The notes: generated by a model not told the origin, from the sequence alone. A DNA stretch of 64,000 nt from an uncultured Thermoplasmata archaeon (GCA_964458595.1 CAYWJQ010000005.1:85298-149297), one strand, 5' to 3'; shown: positions 8,181 to 19,009, numbered from the stretch's first letter. Numbers and translations are program-made.

Positions 8181-11100
8181 ATGGTTACGAGAGTTCAAGA
8201 GGAAAAGGACAAAGATGAAGTCCTCTCTCAGATGGAACCTTTGATCGCGGAATGGTTCGATAATAAGTTCGATTCTCTTACTGAGCCTCAGGGTTATGCT
8301 ATACCACTGATCCACGAGAAAGAGAACGTGCTCGTTTCTTCACCGACCGGTTCGGGTAAGACCCTTACCGCTTTCCTTTCCATCATAAATGAACTTTTCA
8401 AGAAGGATAAAGAAGGCGAACTCGAAGACAAGATATACTGCGTTTATGTTTCTCCTTTGAAGGCTTTAGCTAACGATATCCATAAAAATCTAGAAGAACC
8501 GTTGGAGGAGATCAAAGAACTCGCCGAAGAAAAAGGTGTCAAAGTCCCAGATATCAAGACGGCGATACGCTCGGGGGATACGCCGCAGAAGGAAAGGAGG
8601 AAGATGACCGAAAATCCCCCGCATATCTACATCACGACCCCGGAAAGTCTCGCTTTATCGCTTTCCTCTCCTAAGTTCAGGAAACGATTCAAAGACGTAC
8701 AGTACTTCATAAACGACGAGATCCATGACATAGCTTCCTCGAAAAGAGGTGTATATCTCTCTCTCAACACGGAACGTTTGGAGGAGCATGTCAATGGAGA
8801 GATGACCCGTATAGGGCTTTCCGCGACCCAGGCACCGATCGAAGAACTCGCTAAATTTCTAGGAGGTTTCGAAAACGGGGACCCGCGGGACGTGAACATA
8901 ATCGAGGTGATGGGCGAGAAGAGCTTGGATCTTTCCGTTATATCGCCTGTAGATGACATGACCTTATTGCCTTATGAAGTCGTGAACTCTAGGATGTACG
9001 ACCGTCTAAAAGAGATGGTGGAGAATCACCGCACCACTTTGATATTCACCAATACCAGAAGTGGTGCCGAGAACGTGGCCTACAAACTCAAAGATAGGGG
9101 CATCGAGAACGTAGCGGCTCATCACGGCAGTCTTTCGAAGGACACACGTTTAGAAGTTGAAGACGACCTCAAATACGGTGACATGAAAGCGGCGGTCTCA
9201 TCTACATCGCTTGAACTGGGTATCGACGTCGGATATATCGATCTAGTGGTTCAGGTCAATTCACCAAAGACCGTAGCGAAGGGTCTTCAGAGAGTCGGAA
9301 GAGCGGGACACTCCATAGGAGAGACTTCCAAGGGCAGGATAATAGTTTTTGAAAAGGACGAGCTTTTAGAATGTACCGTCCTGACTCGAAAGGCCTATCA
9401 GCACGATATTGATAGGGTGAGTATACCAGAAAATAATCTAGACGTTCTGTCCCAGGGGATAATAGGCATGAGTATAGAACACCGCTGGGGGGTAGATGAA
9501 GCCTACGAGATGGTGAGGCGGTCCTACTGTTATAAAGATCTTCCAGAAGAGGATTTCTTGAACGTGTTAGATTATCTAGGCGGGACTCAATTCGAAAACA
9601 CCTATCCCAAAATATGGTACAACGAGGACGAAGAAGTCTTCGGTAAAAAAGGCGGAGTCCAGATGCTGTATTATATGAATGTCGGCACCATCCCTTCGGA
9701 CTCTAGCTATCAAGTATATTCTGAAAAAGGAGCACCACTGGGAAATCTATCCGAAAAGTTCGTCGAAAGACTTTCCAAGGGCGACGTTTTCGTTCTTGGC
9801 AGTCACTCTTACGAGTTCCTCCATACCAAAGGTACTAGGGTCTTCGTGAAAGACGCCGCCGGCAAAAAGCCAACAGTTCCCAGCTGGACCGGGGAGATGC
9901 TCCCAAGAAGTTATGATCTCTCGGTAGGTATAGGGGAATTCAGGAGAAAGGTCTCCAAAAAGATGGGAGATGAAGACGTGGTAAAGTGGCTCGAAGACAA
10001 ATACAGGATAGACGAAGGTTCCGCACAGACCATCATCAGTTATTTCAAGGAACAAAAGGGCGTGATAGACGAACTTCCGACTGATAAAAAGATTATCCTG
10101 GAAGGACATATCGGCCAGGACGGAAAGTACAATATGATCTTCCACGCCTCTTACGGAAGAAAGGCCAACGATACTCTTTCGCGAGCCTACGCTTACAAGA
10201 TCTCGAAGAAATTCAACTGCAACGCCAACGTTTCCATCACCGATAACAACTTCATGATCACGACTAAGAAAAAGATACCTCTCGATAAAGTCAGAGATAT
10301 ATTGTCGTCCGAGGAGATCGAAGATGTTTTGAAAAAATCCGTCAGGAACACCGAACTATTCAAACAGCGGTTCAGACACTGCGCTACTCGGGCTCTGATG
10401 ATACTGCGGAACTACAAAGGTAGAGAGATATCAGTTTCCAAGCAGAAGCTCCGGTCGAAAGAGATGCTGGATAAACTCCGCGGGATGGATGACTTTCCGA
10501 TAGTGAAGGAGACCTACAATGAGATACTGTACCAGGTGCTTGACCTCGAGAAGGCGGAAAAAGTTCTAAAAGATATAGAGGACGGAGAAGTAGAGATCAA
10601 GTCTACCGGTTACTCCGATACACCGTCTCCTTTCGCCCACGACGTTTTGATGGCCGGTATCTCCGACGTAATAATGATGGACGATAGGAGCAGCCTGCTA
10701 AGAAAATTCCATCAAAAAGTTCTCGAACAGGTGATCCCGAAAGAGGAGATAGAGAACTTCAAATTCGACAGAGACGTGGTCGAAGATCACTTTTTGGACA
10801 AGAAACCCGAATTCGAAAATAAAGACGAGATGTTAGAGGCCATCAAAGAATTAAAACCGATCCACGTTTTCAAGGAAAAAGGTAACAACGTCTTTTCGCG
10901 CACGGATAAATCTTTTGAAGAGGTCAGGGAATGGTCCAAAGAACTTCTTAATGAAGGTGAGATCCAGTCTCTCTGGGTGGATGAGACGAAATATGTGGCG
11001 AGCGAAGATTTGGGCGAATACCTTCGTTCTCTAGATCAAGGAGAACAGCCTCACGGGAGTACACCGCTGATTGAGAAATTGAAAGAAGGTAGTATGACCC

Positions 11101-13565
11101 CTCACGAGCTATACGACTCGGTCGATATGAGATTGAAAGACGTCAAAAACACCCTGAGAGATATGGAGCGTAAAAGACTAGTCAACAGAGTCGGAATCAC
11201 CGAAGACGACGGATACAGATACGCTCTACTGGAGAAAAAGGACAAAGACTTGGAATGGGTCGAGGAGATCATTTCTAGTTACCTGGAGCACGAGGGTCCT
11301 AGAAGTCTAGAGGAGATAGCATACGCTCTGGACCTTTCCGAAGACATCGCTTTAAAGGCTTTGAACAACCTCGTGGAGCAGGACGAAGTGGTGTCCGGAA
11401 GGTTGGTGATGGGAGAAGGAGAACAGTACATGCTCAAAGAGGACTATCACGATTTAAGATTCCCCGGAGGAGAGTTCGTTTCTGACGATAAAACCCAGCA
11501 GTACAAGGCTAAAAAACAATTCGACGAAGTCGGCTCTATAGAAGAGTATTTCGATCTCTTCATGGAAGCCGGAACTCCCTACGATATATTCCAAAGAGTT
11601 GCGGACTTTTCGATCGACGACTGGAAAGAGATGAGAAGGGAAGGTAAAATAGTTGAAGGTAGATTTGTTAAGGGGAAGGTCAGGTACGCCTTCAAAGAAG
11701 ACATACCCGTTTTCGTGGGAGCTTATCGCACCGAAGAACTAGATGAAGAGGAAGAGAAGATATTAGAGATTATTAGGAAGGGAAAAGACACGATAAGGCA
11801 GATAAAGAAGAACAGCGATTTAGAGAACGACCGGGTGAAAGAGATAGTGAAAAAACTCGATAGAAACCTCTACATCATGAGAGAATATACCGGTCGGGAA
11901 GGATGGTCGTCTACCAACAAATACGAACCTCTCGATGTCGAGCCGATGGATCCTGAAAAGGCTAGAAAAAAGATAATCGAACGGTACTTGAAAGGAAACG
12001 GCCCCGCATCATTTTCGAATATAAGATATTATACCGGATTCGATTCAAACGAGATCGAGAGTATAATATCCGAATTGCTTCACAAAAAAGAGATAAAAAA
12101 GTTGAAAGTCGGTTCTTCTCAGCAGGAGATGTATGTAGAAAGCAGAGAAGTCGAAGATCTGCAGAAAGCTGAAGGAGGAGAATTCGACAAGTTCAGGATA
12201 CTGTCCAAAAAAGATCCCTATGCGAGGCCTCTCTGGGCCGATATATATCGAAGGTACGGAGACGATTGGGTATTCCCATTCGTGAAGAGAGGTGAAGTCG
12301 TCGGAGGGTTGGAAAAATGGAAGATGAGCGGCTGCATCGAGATCAGGCATCTAGACTTGGATGACGAATCGATGCTGCCGGAAGCCCTGGAAGCTATAGA
12401 CGAGATGATGGAGTATCACCGGTTGGAAGGTTACGATATCATAAGGGTCAGGAATTTTCAGAATGAAGCCGTGAAGGAACTGCCCGAGGAAATACTCTCT
12501 ATATTCCGCGAGAACGGCTACGTGATGATCCAGGACATGTTGGTGAAAGGCAATGTCGTGGAAGAGGTTTTCGAGGAAGAGAAGATCAGGTCCTATATAT
12601 TCAAGAAACAGAAGTTGGGAGACGAAAGTTACGAAAATCCTTCCGAAGCGATGGAGAAGATGAAAGGTACCAGGTCGGATTTTGAATTAAGACCTAGAGT
12701 AGATGATTTTTACTCGTTGGACTGGATGTACAGCAGGGAGAAAGTTTTGGGCGGGAAGATGATACCTCCTTACAAGATGTACGCCTATCCTGAAGACGTG
12801 TCGGTATACAAAGCTGCAAAGGACCTTGAAAACTCATCTCAGATGGACACTATTCTAGAGATCGTCGATGACAAAGAGCCGGTTCCGAAGAGGACCATAT
12901 ATCATAGATCCCCGTACAGTAGAACCAAAACAAAAGAGATGCTGGACGATTTGTACGAAGGGTTGGCTATCACTAGAGACGAAGATAACAGGTATATAAC
13001 GACGCCGGATAACGGTATGGAGTCGGAGGAAGCGAAAAAAGAAGTGATGAGATGGGCTTTCCAAAATTTCGGTGTATTTACAGCCGAAAAACTTTCTTCG
13101 TATCTGGGTCTCGATTACAGCATGAGAGAGATCAGAAAACTGCTTTCAGAACTTGTTGAGGAAGGTTTTCTTTTGAAGGGATTCCTAGTGTCGGATGACG
13201 ATTCGGTTTACTGGATACTTTCCGAAGGATTAGAATCTTTACCCGATATAGAGTTCGAAGGCGAAGGGGTTATAACGACAAAAGATAGACTTTCGCTCTA
13301 CTTCAGAAACGAAATGAAAGAAAAATTTGATCTTGGTACGAGCAACGTGGTCTTCGACGGTCCGGAATTAAAGGCAGCTTTTAAAGGCAGTCTCAAGTCC
13401 AATATGGTGGAGATAAAGCAATTTGAAGGGGATGACGAGTATAGGAAGACCATCAAAGAATGGGCCTATGACCATAACATGAGCGTGAAGAGCGAAAAGA
13501 AAAAGGAGAGGGAAGTGTCGGATTACGAGATAAGGAAATGGTACGAACGTACTAGAGGACTTTAA
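8181..13565 (+). CDS. lhr: Lhr-family SF2 helicase, long form with multi-winged-helix C-terminal extension
   Basis: SPTGSGKT, SPLKAL, TTPESL, DEIH, LSAT, HHGSL, ELGIDVG, QRVGRAGH, PSPFA. Confidence 0.92.
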   Translation: MVTRVQEEKDKDEVLSQMEPLIAEWFDNKFDSLTEPQGYAIPLIHEKENVLVSSPTGSGKTLTAFLSIINELFKKDKEGELEDKIYCVYVSPLKALANDIHKNLEEPLEEIKELAEEKGVKVPDIKTAIRSGDTPQKERRKMTENPPHIYITTPESLALSLSSPKFRKRFKDVQYFINDEIHDIASSKRGVYLSLNTERLEEHVNGEMTRIGLSATQAPIEELAKFLGGFENGDPRDVNIIEVMGEKSLDLSVISPVDDMTLLPYEVVNSRMYDRLKEMVENHRTTLIFTNTRSGAENVAYKLKDRGIENVAAHHGSLSKDTRLEVEDDLKYGDMKAAVSSTSLELGIDVGYIDLVVQVNSPKTVAKGLQRVGRAGHSIGETSKGRIIVFEKDELLECTVLTRKAYQHDIDRVSIPENNLDVLSQGIIGMSIEHRWGVDEAYEMVRRSYCYKDLPEEDFLNVLDYLGGTQFENTYPKIWYNEDEEVFGKKGGVQMLYYMNVGTIPSDSSYQVYSEKGAPLGNLSEKFVERLSKGDVFVLGSHSYEFLHTKGTRVFVKDAAGKKPTVPSWTGEMLPRSYDLSVGIGEFRRKVSKKMGDEDVVKWLEDKYRIDEGSAQTIISYFKEQKGVIDELPTDKKIILEGHIGQDGKYNMIFHASYGRKANDTLSRAYAYKISKKFNCNANVSITDNNFMITTKKKIPLDKVRDILSSEEIEDVLKKSVRNTELFKQRFRHCATRALMILRNYKGREISVSKQKLRSKEMLDKLRGMDDFPIVKETYNEILYQVLDLEKAEKVLKDIEDGEVEIKSTGYSDTPSPFAHDVLMAGISDVIMMDDRSSLLRKFHQKVLEQVIPKEEIENFKFDRDVVEDHFLDKKPEFENKDEMLEAIKELKPIHVFKEKGNNVFSRTDKSFEEVREWSKELLNEGEIQSLWVDETKYVASEDLGEYLRSLDQGEQPHGSTPLIEKLKEGSMTPHELYDSVDMRLKDVKNTLRDMERKRLVNRVGITEDDGYRYALLEKKDKDLEWVEEIISSYLEHEGPRSLEEIAYALDLSEDIALKALNNLVEQDEVVSGRLVMGEGEQYMLKEDYHDLRFPGGEFVSDDKTQQYKAKKQFDEVGSIEEYFDLFMEAGTPYDIFQRVADFSIDDWKEMRREGKIVEGRFVKGKVRYAFKEDIPVFVGAYRTEELDEEEEKILEIIRKGKDTIRQIKKNSDLENDRVKEIVKKLDRNLYIMREYTGREGWSSTNKYEPLDVEPMDPEKARKKIIERYLKGNGPASFSNIRYYTGFDSNEIESIISELLHKKEIKKLKVGSSQQEMYVESREVEDLQKAEGGEFDKFRILSKKDPYARPLWADIYRRYGDDWVFPFVKRGEVVGGLEKWKMSGCIEIRHLDLDDESMLPEALEAIDEMMEYHRLEGYDIIRVRNFQNEAVKELPEEILSIFRENGYVMIQDMLVKGNVVEEVFEEEKIRSYIFKKQKLGDESYENPSEAMEKMKGTRSDFELRPRVDDFYSLDWMYSREKVLGGKMIPPYKMYAYPEDVSVYKAAKDLENSSQMDTILEIVDDKEPVPKRTIYHRSPYSRTKTKEMLDDLYEGLAITRDEDNRYITTPDNGMESEEAKKEVMRWAFQNFGVFTAEKLSSYLGLDYSMREIRKLLSELVEEGFLLKGFLVSDDDSVYWILSEGLESLPDIEFEGEGVITTKDRLSLYFRNEMKEKFDLGTSNVVFDGPELKAAFKGSLKSNMVEIKQFEGDDEYRKTIKEWAYDHNMSVKSEKKKEREVSDYEIRKWYERTRGL

Positions 13566-13629
13566 AGTCGATTGATAGAGCCTCAAAAATCAACGAAGTA
13601 TATTTATTGATAGAGATGTTTTTCATAAA

Positions 13630-14877
13630 TTGGACGAAAAAGAGGTGTTGATCATTTCCAAAGCAAAGGTTCTGCTTTTAGGGCTGGGTATGCAGGGAGA
13701 AGCCGCGCTCCACGATCTAATGAGGAGCGATGAGGTATCTGAGATCATCGTTGGAGATAGGTCTTCAGATTCCAGAGAGCTTGTTGAAGGTCTAGAAGTG
13801 GAGAAAGTGAGATATGAGAATGTCGATGCATCAGATCCTGAAAAGGTTTCAGATCTGATGGAGGAGGTCGATCTGGTTATAGAACTTTTACCTCCCGGAT
13901 TTGCCTTCTCTATCGCTGAGCTGGCGGTCGAAAACGGTATCGATATGGTCAGCACCATGTATCTGCACGACCCTGAGGAGAGCGATCCAGAGAAAAAGAA
14001 GGCAAGAGAGAAAGAGATAGATCGACTTGATAGCACCGCCAAAGAGAGGGATATAACTGTTCTACCCGAATTTGGAATGGATCCAGGCCTAGATCTTGTT
14101 CTTGCACGGGAAGCCGTTAGGAGTTTTGATGAGATAGACGAACTCCTTTGTTACGGTGCAGGTTTGCCCGTCTATGAAGATGCTGATAATCCATTGAGAT
14201 ACAAGTTCACCTGGTCCGTCGAAGGGTTGCTGAAAACTTACAAACGCCCGGCACGGATCATCAAAGACGGTGAAATCATCGATATTCCGGGCGATGGTTT
14301 GTTCTATGAAGAGAACGTTCATTCATTAGACATCGAGGGGTTAAATGGAAAACTGGAATGTTATCCCAATGGAGATGCACTAGAATACGGAGAAAGATTG
14401 GGTCTTGACAAGGAAATGAATAACTTCGGTCGCTATACCTGTAGATGGGAAGGACATACTGATTTTTGGAAGACCGCGGTAGGATGCGGTCTATTAGATG
14501 ATGAACAGGTTAATGTTGATGGCAAAGAAATAGCTCCGGTCGATTTTTTATCTTCGGTTTTGAAATCCAAGAACGAGTTCTGGCTAGGGGAAGATGAGCG
14601 AGATCTAGCGATGATCCGCGTCGAAGCTTCCGGTGTCGACAAAGGTGAGGAGGTAAGCAGAGTCTACCAGATGCTAGATAAAAGAGATCTCGATACGGGC
14701 TTAACGGCGATGCAGCGGATAGTAGGATTCACTGCGAGCATCGGAGCGCAGATGATCTTGGATGGAGCGTTGGAAAAGAAAGGTATCATTTCGCCCACTG
14801 AGATAAGGCTATCGGAATTATCCGATAGATTGGAAGAGAGAGGGATACAAATAGATCGATCTTTCGAGAAGATTTGA
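13630..14877 (+). CDS. Saccharopine dehydrogenase / lysine 6-dehydrogenase family protein
   Basis: GLGMQG Rossmann motif, GMDPG, YKFTWS, TAMQR; start codon uncertain. Confidence 0.85.
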   Translation: MDEKEVLIISKAKVLLLGLGMQGEAALHDLMRSDEVSEIIVGDRSSDSRELVEGLEVEKVRYENVDASDPEKVSDLMEEVDLVIELLPPGFAFSIAELAVENGIDMVSTMYLHDPEESDPEKKKAREKEIDRLDSTAKERDITVLPEFGMDPGLDLVLAREAVRSFDEIDELLCYGAGLPVYEDADNPLRYKFTWSVEGLLKTYKRPARIIKDGEIIDIPGDGLFYEENVHSLDIEGLNGKLECYPNGDALEYGERLGLDKEMNNFGRYTCRWEGHTDFWKTAVGCGLLDDEQVNVDGKEIAPVDFLSSVLKSKNEFWLGEDERDLAMIRVEASGVDKGEEVSRVYQMLDKRDLDTGLTAMQRIVGFTASIGAQMILDGALEKKGIISPTEIRLSELSDRLEERGIQIDRSFEKI

Positions 14878-14995
14878 AGTGGTAGAATAGATCTGAAAAT
14901 CTAACCGATAGCTAGATTTCGAACCCGCGGTAAAGCATTACTTTCACTCAAGACTCTTCTTTATCATTATATGGCTTCAATAAATCAGATGCCAC

Positions 14996-15272
14996 ATGGC
15001 GTTATCTTCAGGAAAGAGATCCGGTTCGAACGATAACGATTACTTGGATAAAATAGACTAAATAGAGCAAGAATGGAATAAATTTAAAAGAACTCTGAAA
15101 GCCGATGAGAGAGAATTTTTTCGACAAGATGATAGAGTATGCGAAAGTTCACCGAAAGGCGGGAGAAGTTAAGGAAGGAGCGAACGATATGGAGACGTTT
15201 TTCATGTCTGTGATTCTAGAACAGCAGATGGAGATCATGAGGTTGAAGAAGAAATTGGACGAAAGAGAATGA
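14996..15272 (+). pseudogene. Pseudogene paralogous to 6684-6992
   Basis: ATG 14996, in-frame TAA at 15059-15061, extra T in the T6 run at 15116-15121; repaired translation IEQEWNKFKRTL...FDKMIEYAKVHRKAG...METFFMSVILEQQ aligns with 6684-6992. Confidence 0.8.
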
Positions 15273-15335
15273 ATATATTTATGAGTATATTTAATGAAAA
15301 ACTATTAATATTTGTTTGAAATTATCTGCCCTAAA

Positions 15336-15590
15336 ATGAAATTAGGTTGGAAACTTTTGTTAGACCTATCCATAATTGGGGCGATAATAGCGGTAATAAT
15401 TATCTGGATAGAAATGTTTCCTTATCGCTTATGGCCATTATTTTTGATAGCTTGTCTTCTTATCTTGCTGAGCAAGAGGGCGAAATGGAGAAGAGATGTT
15501 GATAGATCAAAAGCAAAAAGAGTTGCCGCTCCAGATGCAGACTCCTTCATCCCAGAAGAAGACGAAAAAGGCAATCACGATCATCAATGA
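15336..15590 (+). CDS. Small membrane protein (2 predicted TM helices)
   Basis: Two hydrophobic stretches followed by a charged tail. Confidence 0.6.
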   Translation: MKLGWKLLLDLSIIGAIIAVIIIWIEMFPYRLWPLFLIACLLILLSKRAKWRRDVDRSKAKRVAAPDADSFIPEEDEKGNHDHQ

Positions 15591-15708
15591 AATCTGAAAA
15601 TATCGGCGAACAAACATGAGATTTTTAGCAACTCGATTCAGAAGAAAAAGTGATCTTCTGATAAAACAGAAAAAATAAATATATTTAGTTTCACTTTAAT
15701 TTTAAACT

Positions 15709-16665
15709 ATGAAAGAAGAGTTACGGATCAGAACCTTTGAAGAGTTGGACTATCCTCATATCGTTCGGTTGGAAGAAGCGGTCTATCCGGATAAAAAGCG
15801 GTCAGAAGAATCTTTCAGATTCAATGATGAGAACAGAGCGGATAAATGTGAGCATCAGAGATTTATCGGCGAATTAGGCGACGAAGTCATAGGACACGGT
15901 TTTTACACCCAGTGGGAAGGGAGTTATCATCCGGGAAAGTTTTTCATCTACGCTCTCATCCATCCCGACTACCAGGGTGAAGGATTTGGAAAGCTATTTT
16001 ATCAGCATATATTAGACGAACTCAAAGAGCACGATCCGGAAAAATTGGAAGCTCACGCTAGAGAGGACAAAAAGAGAGCTCTGCGCTTCCTCGAAGACAG
16101 AGGTTTTGAAAGCACCATGAAGATGTGGGAAGCGGAATTGAAAGTCGACGAATTCGAATTCGAGGAATACGAAGATTTGGAAGAAAAGTTGGAAGACGAG
16201 GGTATTGTACTTAAAAGTTTGAAGGATATCGAACACGACGAAGAGAATAAAAGAAAATTGTACGAACTCCACGAGGATGTGATGGAAGACGTTCCGCTCC
16301 CCGACGGATATACTAGAACGGAATACGATAGATTCATAGATAAGTTGTTCAACCATCCGAGATACTTCCCAGAGGCATATATACTGGCGATCAAAGACGA
16401 TGAATTCGTCGGGATGAGCAGCCACTGGTACAAAGAAAAGGAGAATTCTTTGTTCACGGGTTTAACCGGGGTTAGAAAAGACTACAGAGGAAAAGGCATC
16501 GCTACAGCAATGAAGATTAAGGCCATAGGGGTTGCAAAAGAAGAAAACATCGCAAAGATAAAGACCATGAACGAGACTCGAAACGAAGATATCCTCCACA
16601 TAAACGAGAAGATGGGATTCGAGAAGAAGCCGGGGTGGGTTGACTTCGAGAAGAAGGTCGAGTGA
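15709..16665 (+). CDS. Tandem (double) GNAT-family acetyltransferase
   Basis: Two acetyl-CoA motifs: HPDYQGEGFG and RKDYRGKGIA; N.KMGF. Confidence 0.88.
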   Translation: MKEELRIRTFEELDYPHIVRLEEAVYPDKKRSEESFRFNDENRADKCEHQRFIGELGDEVIGHGFYTQWEGSYHPGKFFIYALIHPDYQGEGFGKLFYQHILDELKEHDPEKLEAHAREDKKRALRFLEDRGFESTMKMWEAELKVDEFEFEEYEDLEEKLEDEGIVLKSLKDIEHDEENKRKLYELHEDVMEDVPLPDGYTRTEYDRFIDKLFNHPRYFPEAYILAIKDDEFVGMSSHWYKEKENSLFTGLTGVRKDYRGKGIATAMKIKAIGVAKEENIAKIKTMNETRNEDILHINEKMGFEKKPGWVDFEKKVE

Positions 16666-16738
16666 GCGGTGAAAGTAGAGCCGTAATCGGAGAGAAAATG
16701 AACATTAACATTTTTGCTTCCTGCAATAATCAAAATCT

Positions 16739-17617
16739 TCAAGGCGCATGGGTTTTCTCAACCCAAACCCTTATAGATTCGGTTTTACCATCGATATGAG
16801 TATCAGCCTCTACCTCGTACGCGTGAGCTCCGATAATTTTTGAAGAGTAAAAGTCGTTCCATTGAAGAGTTAAGTGGCAGGTAGTATTTTGCTCTGAACT
16901 GTAAGAGATATTCATCATGGGTCTTTCCTCCTCATATCCTTCAGTACTGACCTTATCGTATTGGAAATCCCATTCACCGTGATACTCTGAAAACATCTCC
17001 GCCTCTTCAGAATATTTCATCTTAAAGTTTTTTGAGGAGGTGGTGACCTTGATATATTCTCCATCTCTTCGGCAGGTAACTTCTCCCTCGCCTTCTACTA
17101 CGTTGTATCGTTCTACAGGAAAATATCTTTCATATCCTTTAAGGTTGGGCAGTACTAACTCTACCTCGCTGGTTTCATTCTGTTCAAGTTCCAAAATAAA
17201 TTTCTGATTAGCATCTGGTGTTCCAATGTATTCTATTGTAATATAAATAGATGCTATTACTATAATCATAACTACAGCAATAACGGCGACATTCTTTTTC
17301 AGCTTTTTCAGATCACCGTCTTTTTTGTATTGGCTAATAAGTTTTACTAGGTAGTATATACTCAAGATAATTATTGAGATCACTAAGAAAGGAAGAAGCA
17401 TGATAAATAGACATGCATTATCTAAACTAATACCAACAGTCCACTTAATAGTGAAAAGCATGAGCAAGACCACAAGTAAAGATGAGATAATACCAATGAT
17501 TGTTTTTTTGTAATCTTGACCCTCTCTGTAAGAATCGATGCTGTATTTCAATAAAAGAACTAGGGCTATCAAAGATATACTAAATATCACCGTACAACAT
17601 ATAGAGGTTCTAGACAT
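16739..17617 (-). CDS. Hypothetical membrane protein (about 4 TM plus C-terminal soluble domain)
   Basis: Long ORF, hydrophobic N-terminal half, AT-rich. Confidence 0.65.
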   Translation of the reverse strand: MSRTSICCTVIFSISLIALVLLLKYSIDSYREGQDYKKTIIGIISSLLVVLLMLFTIKWTVGISLDNACLFIMLLPFLVISIIILSIYYLVKLISQYKKDGDLKKLKKNVAVIAVVMIIVIASIYITIEYIGTPDANQKFILELEQNETSEVELVLPNLKGYERYFPVERYNVVEGEGEVTCRRDGEYIKVTTSSKNFKMKYSEEAEMFSEYHGEWDFQYDKVSTEGYEEERPMMNISYSSEQNTTCHLTLQWNDFYSSKIIGAHAYEVEADTHIDGKTESIRVWVEKTHAP

Positions 17618-17831
17618 GATTATCCAAACCCAAGCTGATTCTTTAAAATAATCATCTCATAAAAATATTACGCTGACGATAGAGGAAAAGATTTTATTTC
17701 CAGATTGGGAAACAAAGCCGTTTGTATGTTTAACATTCTTTTTTCCAGATAGAACTACTAATTTCAAAGTATTCTATCTAAACAATCAGTTCTTATTATT
17801 CAAAACACTTTACATATATTCATCATCTAGT

Positions 17832-18869
17832 CTAATCATCAACAACTTTCTCCATCTTATCCAGCGCGAGCTCGATATCTTCTCTTTTCACGTCCTTGTG
17901 AGTCACCACTCTAATCTTGTATTCATCTAAAGCCAATCCCAATACACCCACTTCTTCGAACAGATCCACGAATTCTTCCGCCGGCTTGCCGAAACTTTTA
18001 GTGCTGAAGTAAACTATGTTAGTTTTGTACTTTTCCGGATCGAGATCGAATCCTATATCTTTAAGACCTTCCGCGAGTAAAGAAGCGTTCTCGTGATCCT
18101 TCGAAAGCCTCTCGACGTTATTCTCTAGAGCGCAAAGAGCTGGGGCGGCGATAACTCCGACCTGTCTCATCCCGCCACCCAATTTCTTCCTTTTTTTCCT
18201 AGCTCTTTCGATGAAGTCCTCACTTCCAGCGATTATAGATCCGATCGGTGCACCGAGACCTTTGGAAAGACAGAACATGATGGAATCCGCGGGTTCAACA
18301 AGTTCCTTCACGTCTTTGTCTAGATAAACCGCGGCATTGAATATCCTTGCGCCGTCCAGATGCAGTTTCAGATCGAATTCGTCTGCTATCTCCGCCATAC
18401 TCTCCATGTAACCTCGATCCTGCGGTACTCCCCCGGCCCTGTTATGCGTATTTTCCACGCACAGTAACGAAGGCGAAGGATAATGATCGTCCTCGAGCCT
18501 GATCGATCTCCTCAATTCCTCGGGATCTATCGCTCCATCTTGATCCGACAGTAGGGTAGGTGTGAGGCCTCCAAAGTCAGCGAAACCTCCCACCTCGTAG
18601 TAATAGATATGGGAATTATCACCCAATAGAATACCTTCTCCATCATTCGTGTGGGTCAGTACTGAAGCCAAATTACCCTGAGTCCCAGAAGAGACGAAGA
18701 GAGCGTCCTCTTTCCCTAACTTTTCAGCGGCTTTCTCTTCCAACTTGTGTACGGTAGGATCGTCATGATGTACTTCGTCTCCCACCTCTGCCTCTTTCAT
18801 AGCTTCTCTCATCTCGGGACTAGGTTTCGTAACGGTGTCGCTCCGAAGATCGATTTCTCTATCGGACAT
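17832..18869 (-). CDS. ltaE: Low-specificity L-threonine aldolase
   Basis: IDLRSDTVT, SGTQGN, ENTHN, HLDGARIFNA, CLSKGLGAP (PLP Lys), GGGMRQ. Confidence 0.93.
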   Translation of the reverse strand: MSDREIDLRSDTVTKPSPEMREAMKEAEVGDEVHHDDPTVHKLEEKAAEKLGKEDALFVSSGTQGNLASVLTHTNDGEGILLGDNSHIYYYEVGGFADFGGLTPTLLSDQDGAIDPEELRRSIRLEDDHYPSPSLLCVENTHNRAGGVPQDRGYMESMAEIADEFDLKLHLDGARIFNAAVYLDKDVKELVEPADSIMFCLSKGLGAPIGSIIAGSEDFIERARKKRKKLGGGMRQVGVIAAPALCALENNVERLSKDHENASLLAEGLKDIGFDLDPEKYKTNIVYFSTKSFGKPAEEFVDLFEEVGVLGLALDEYKIRVVTHKDVKREDIELALDKMEKVVDD

Positions 18870-19009
18870 GGTTTGAGAGGTGACTATACAGTATAAAAAA
18901 ATTATCTAGATTTTGTAGTCAGATATGCAGATTATTGGAAGGTCGATCTCGCTCGCTATAATATACAAACGGTAAATTTTTATAAGCTATTCCTACATCA
19001 CGACCTATC

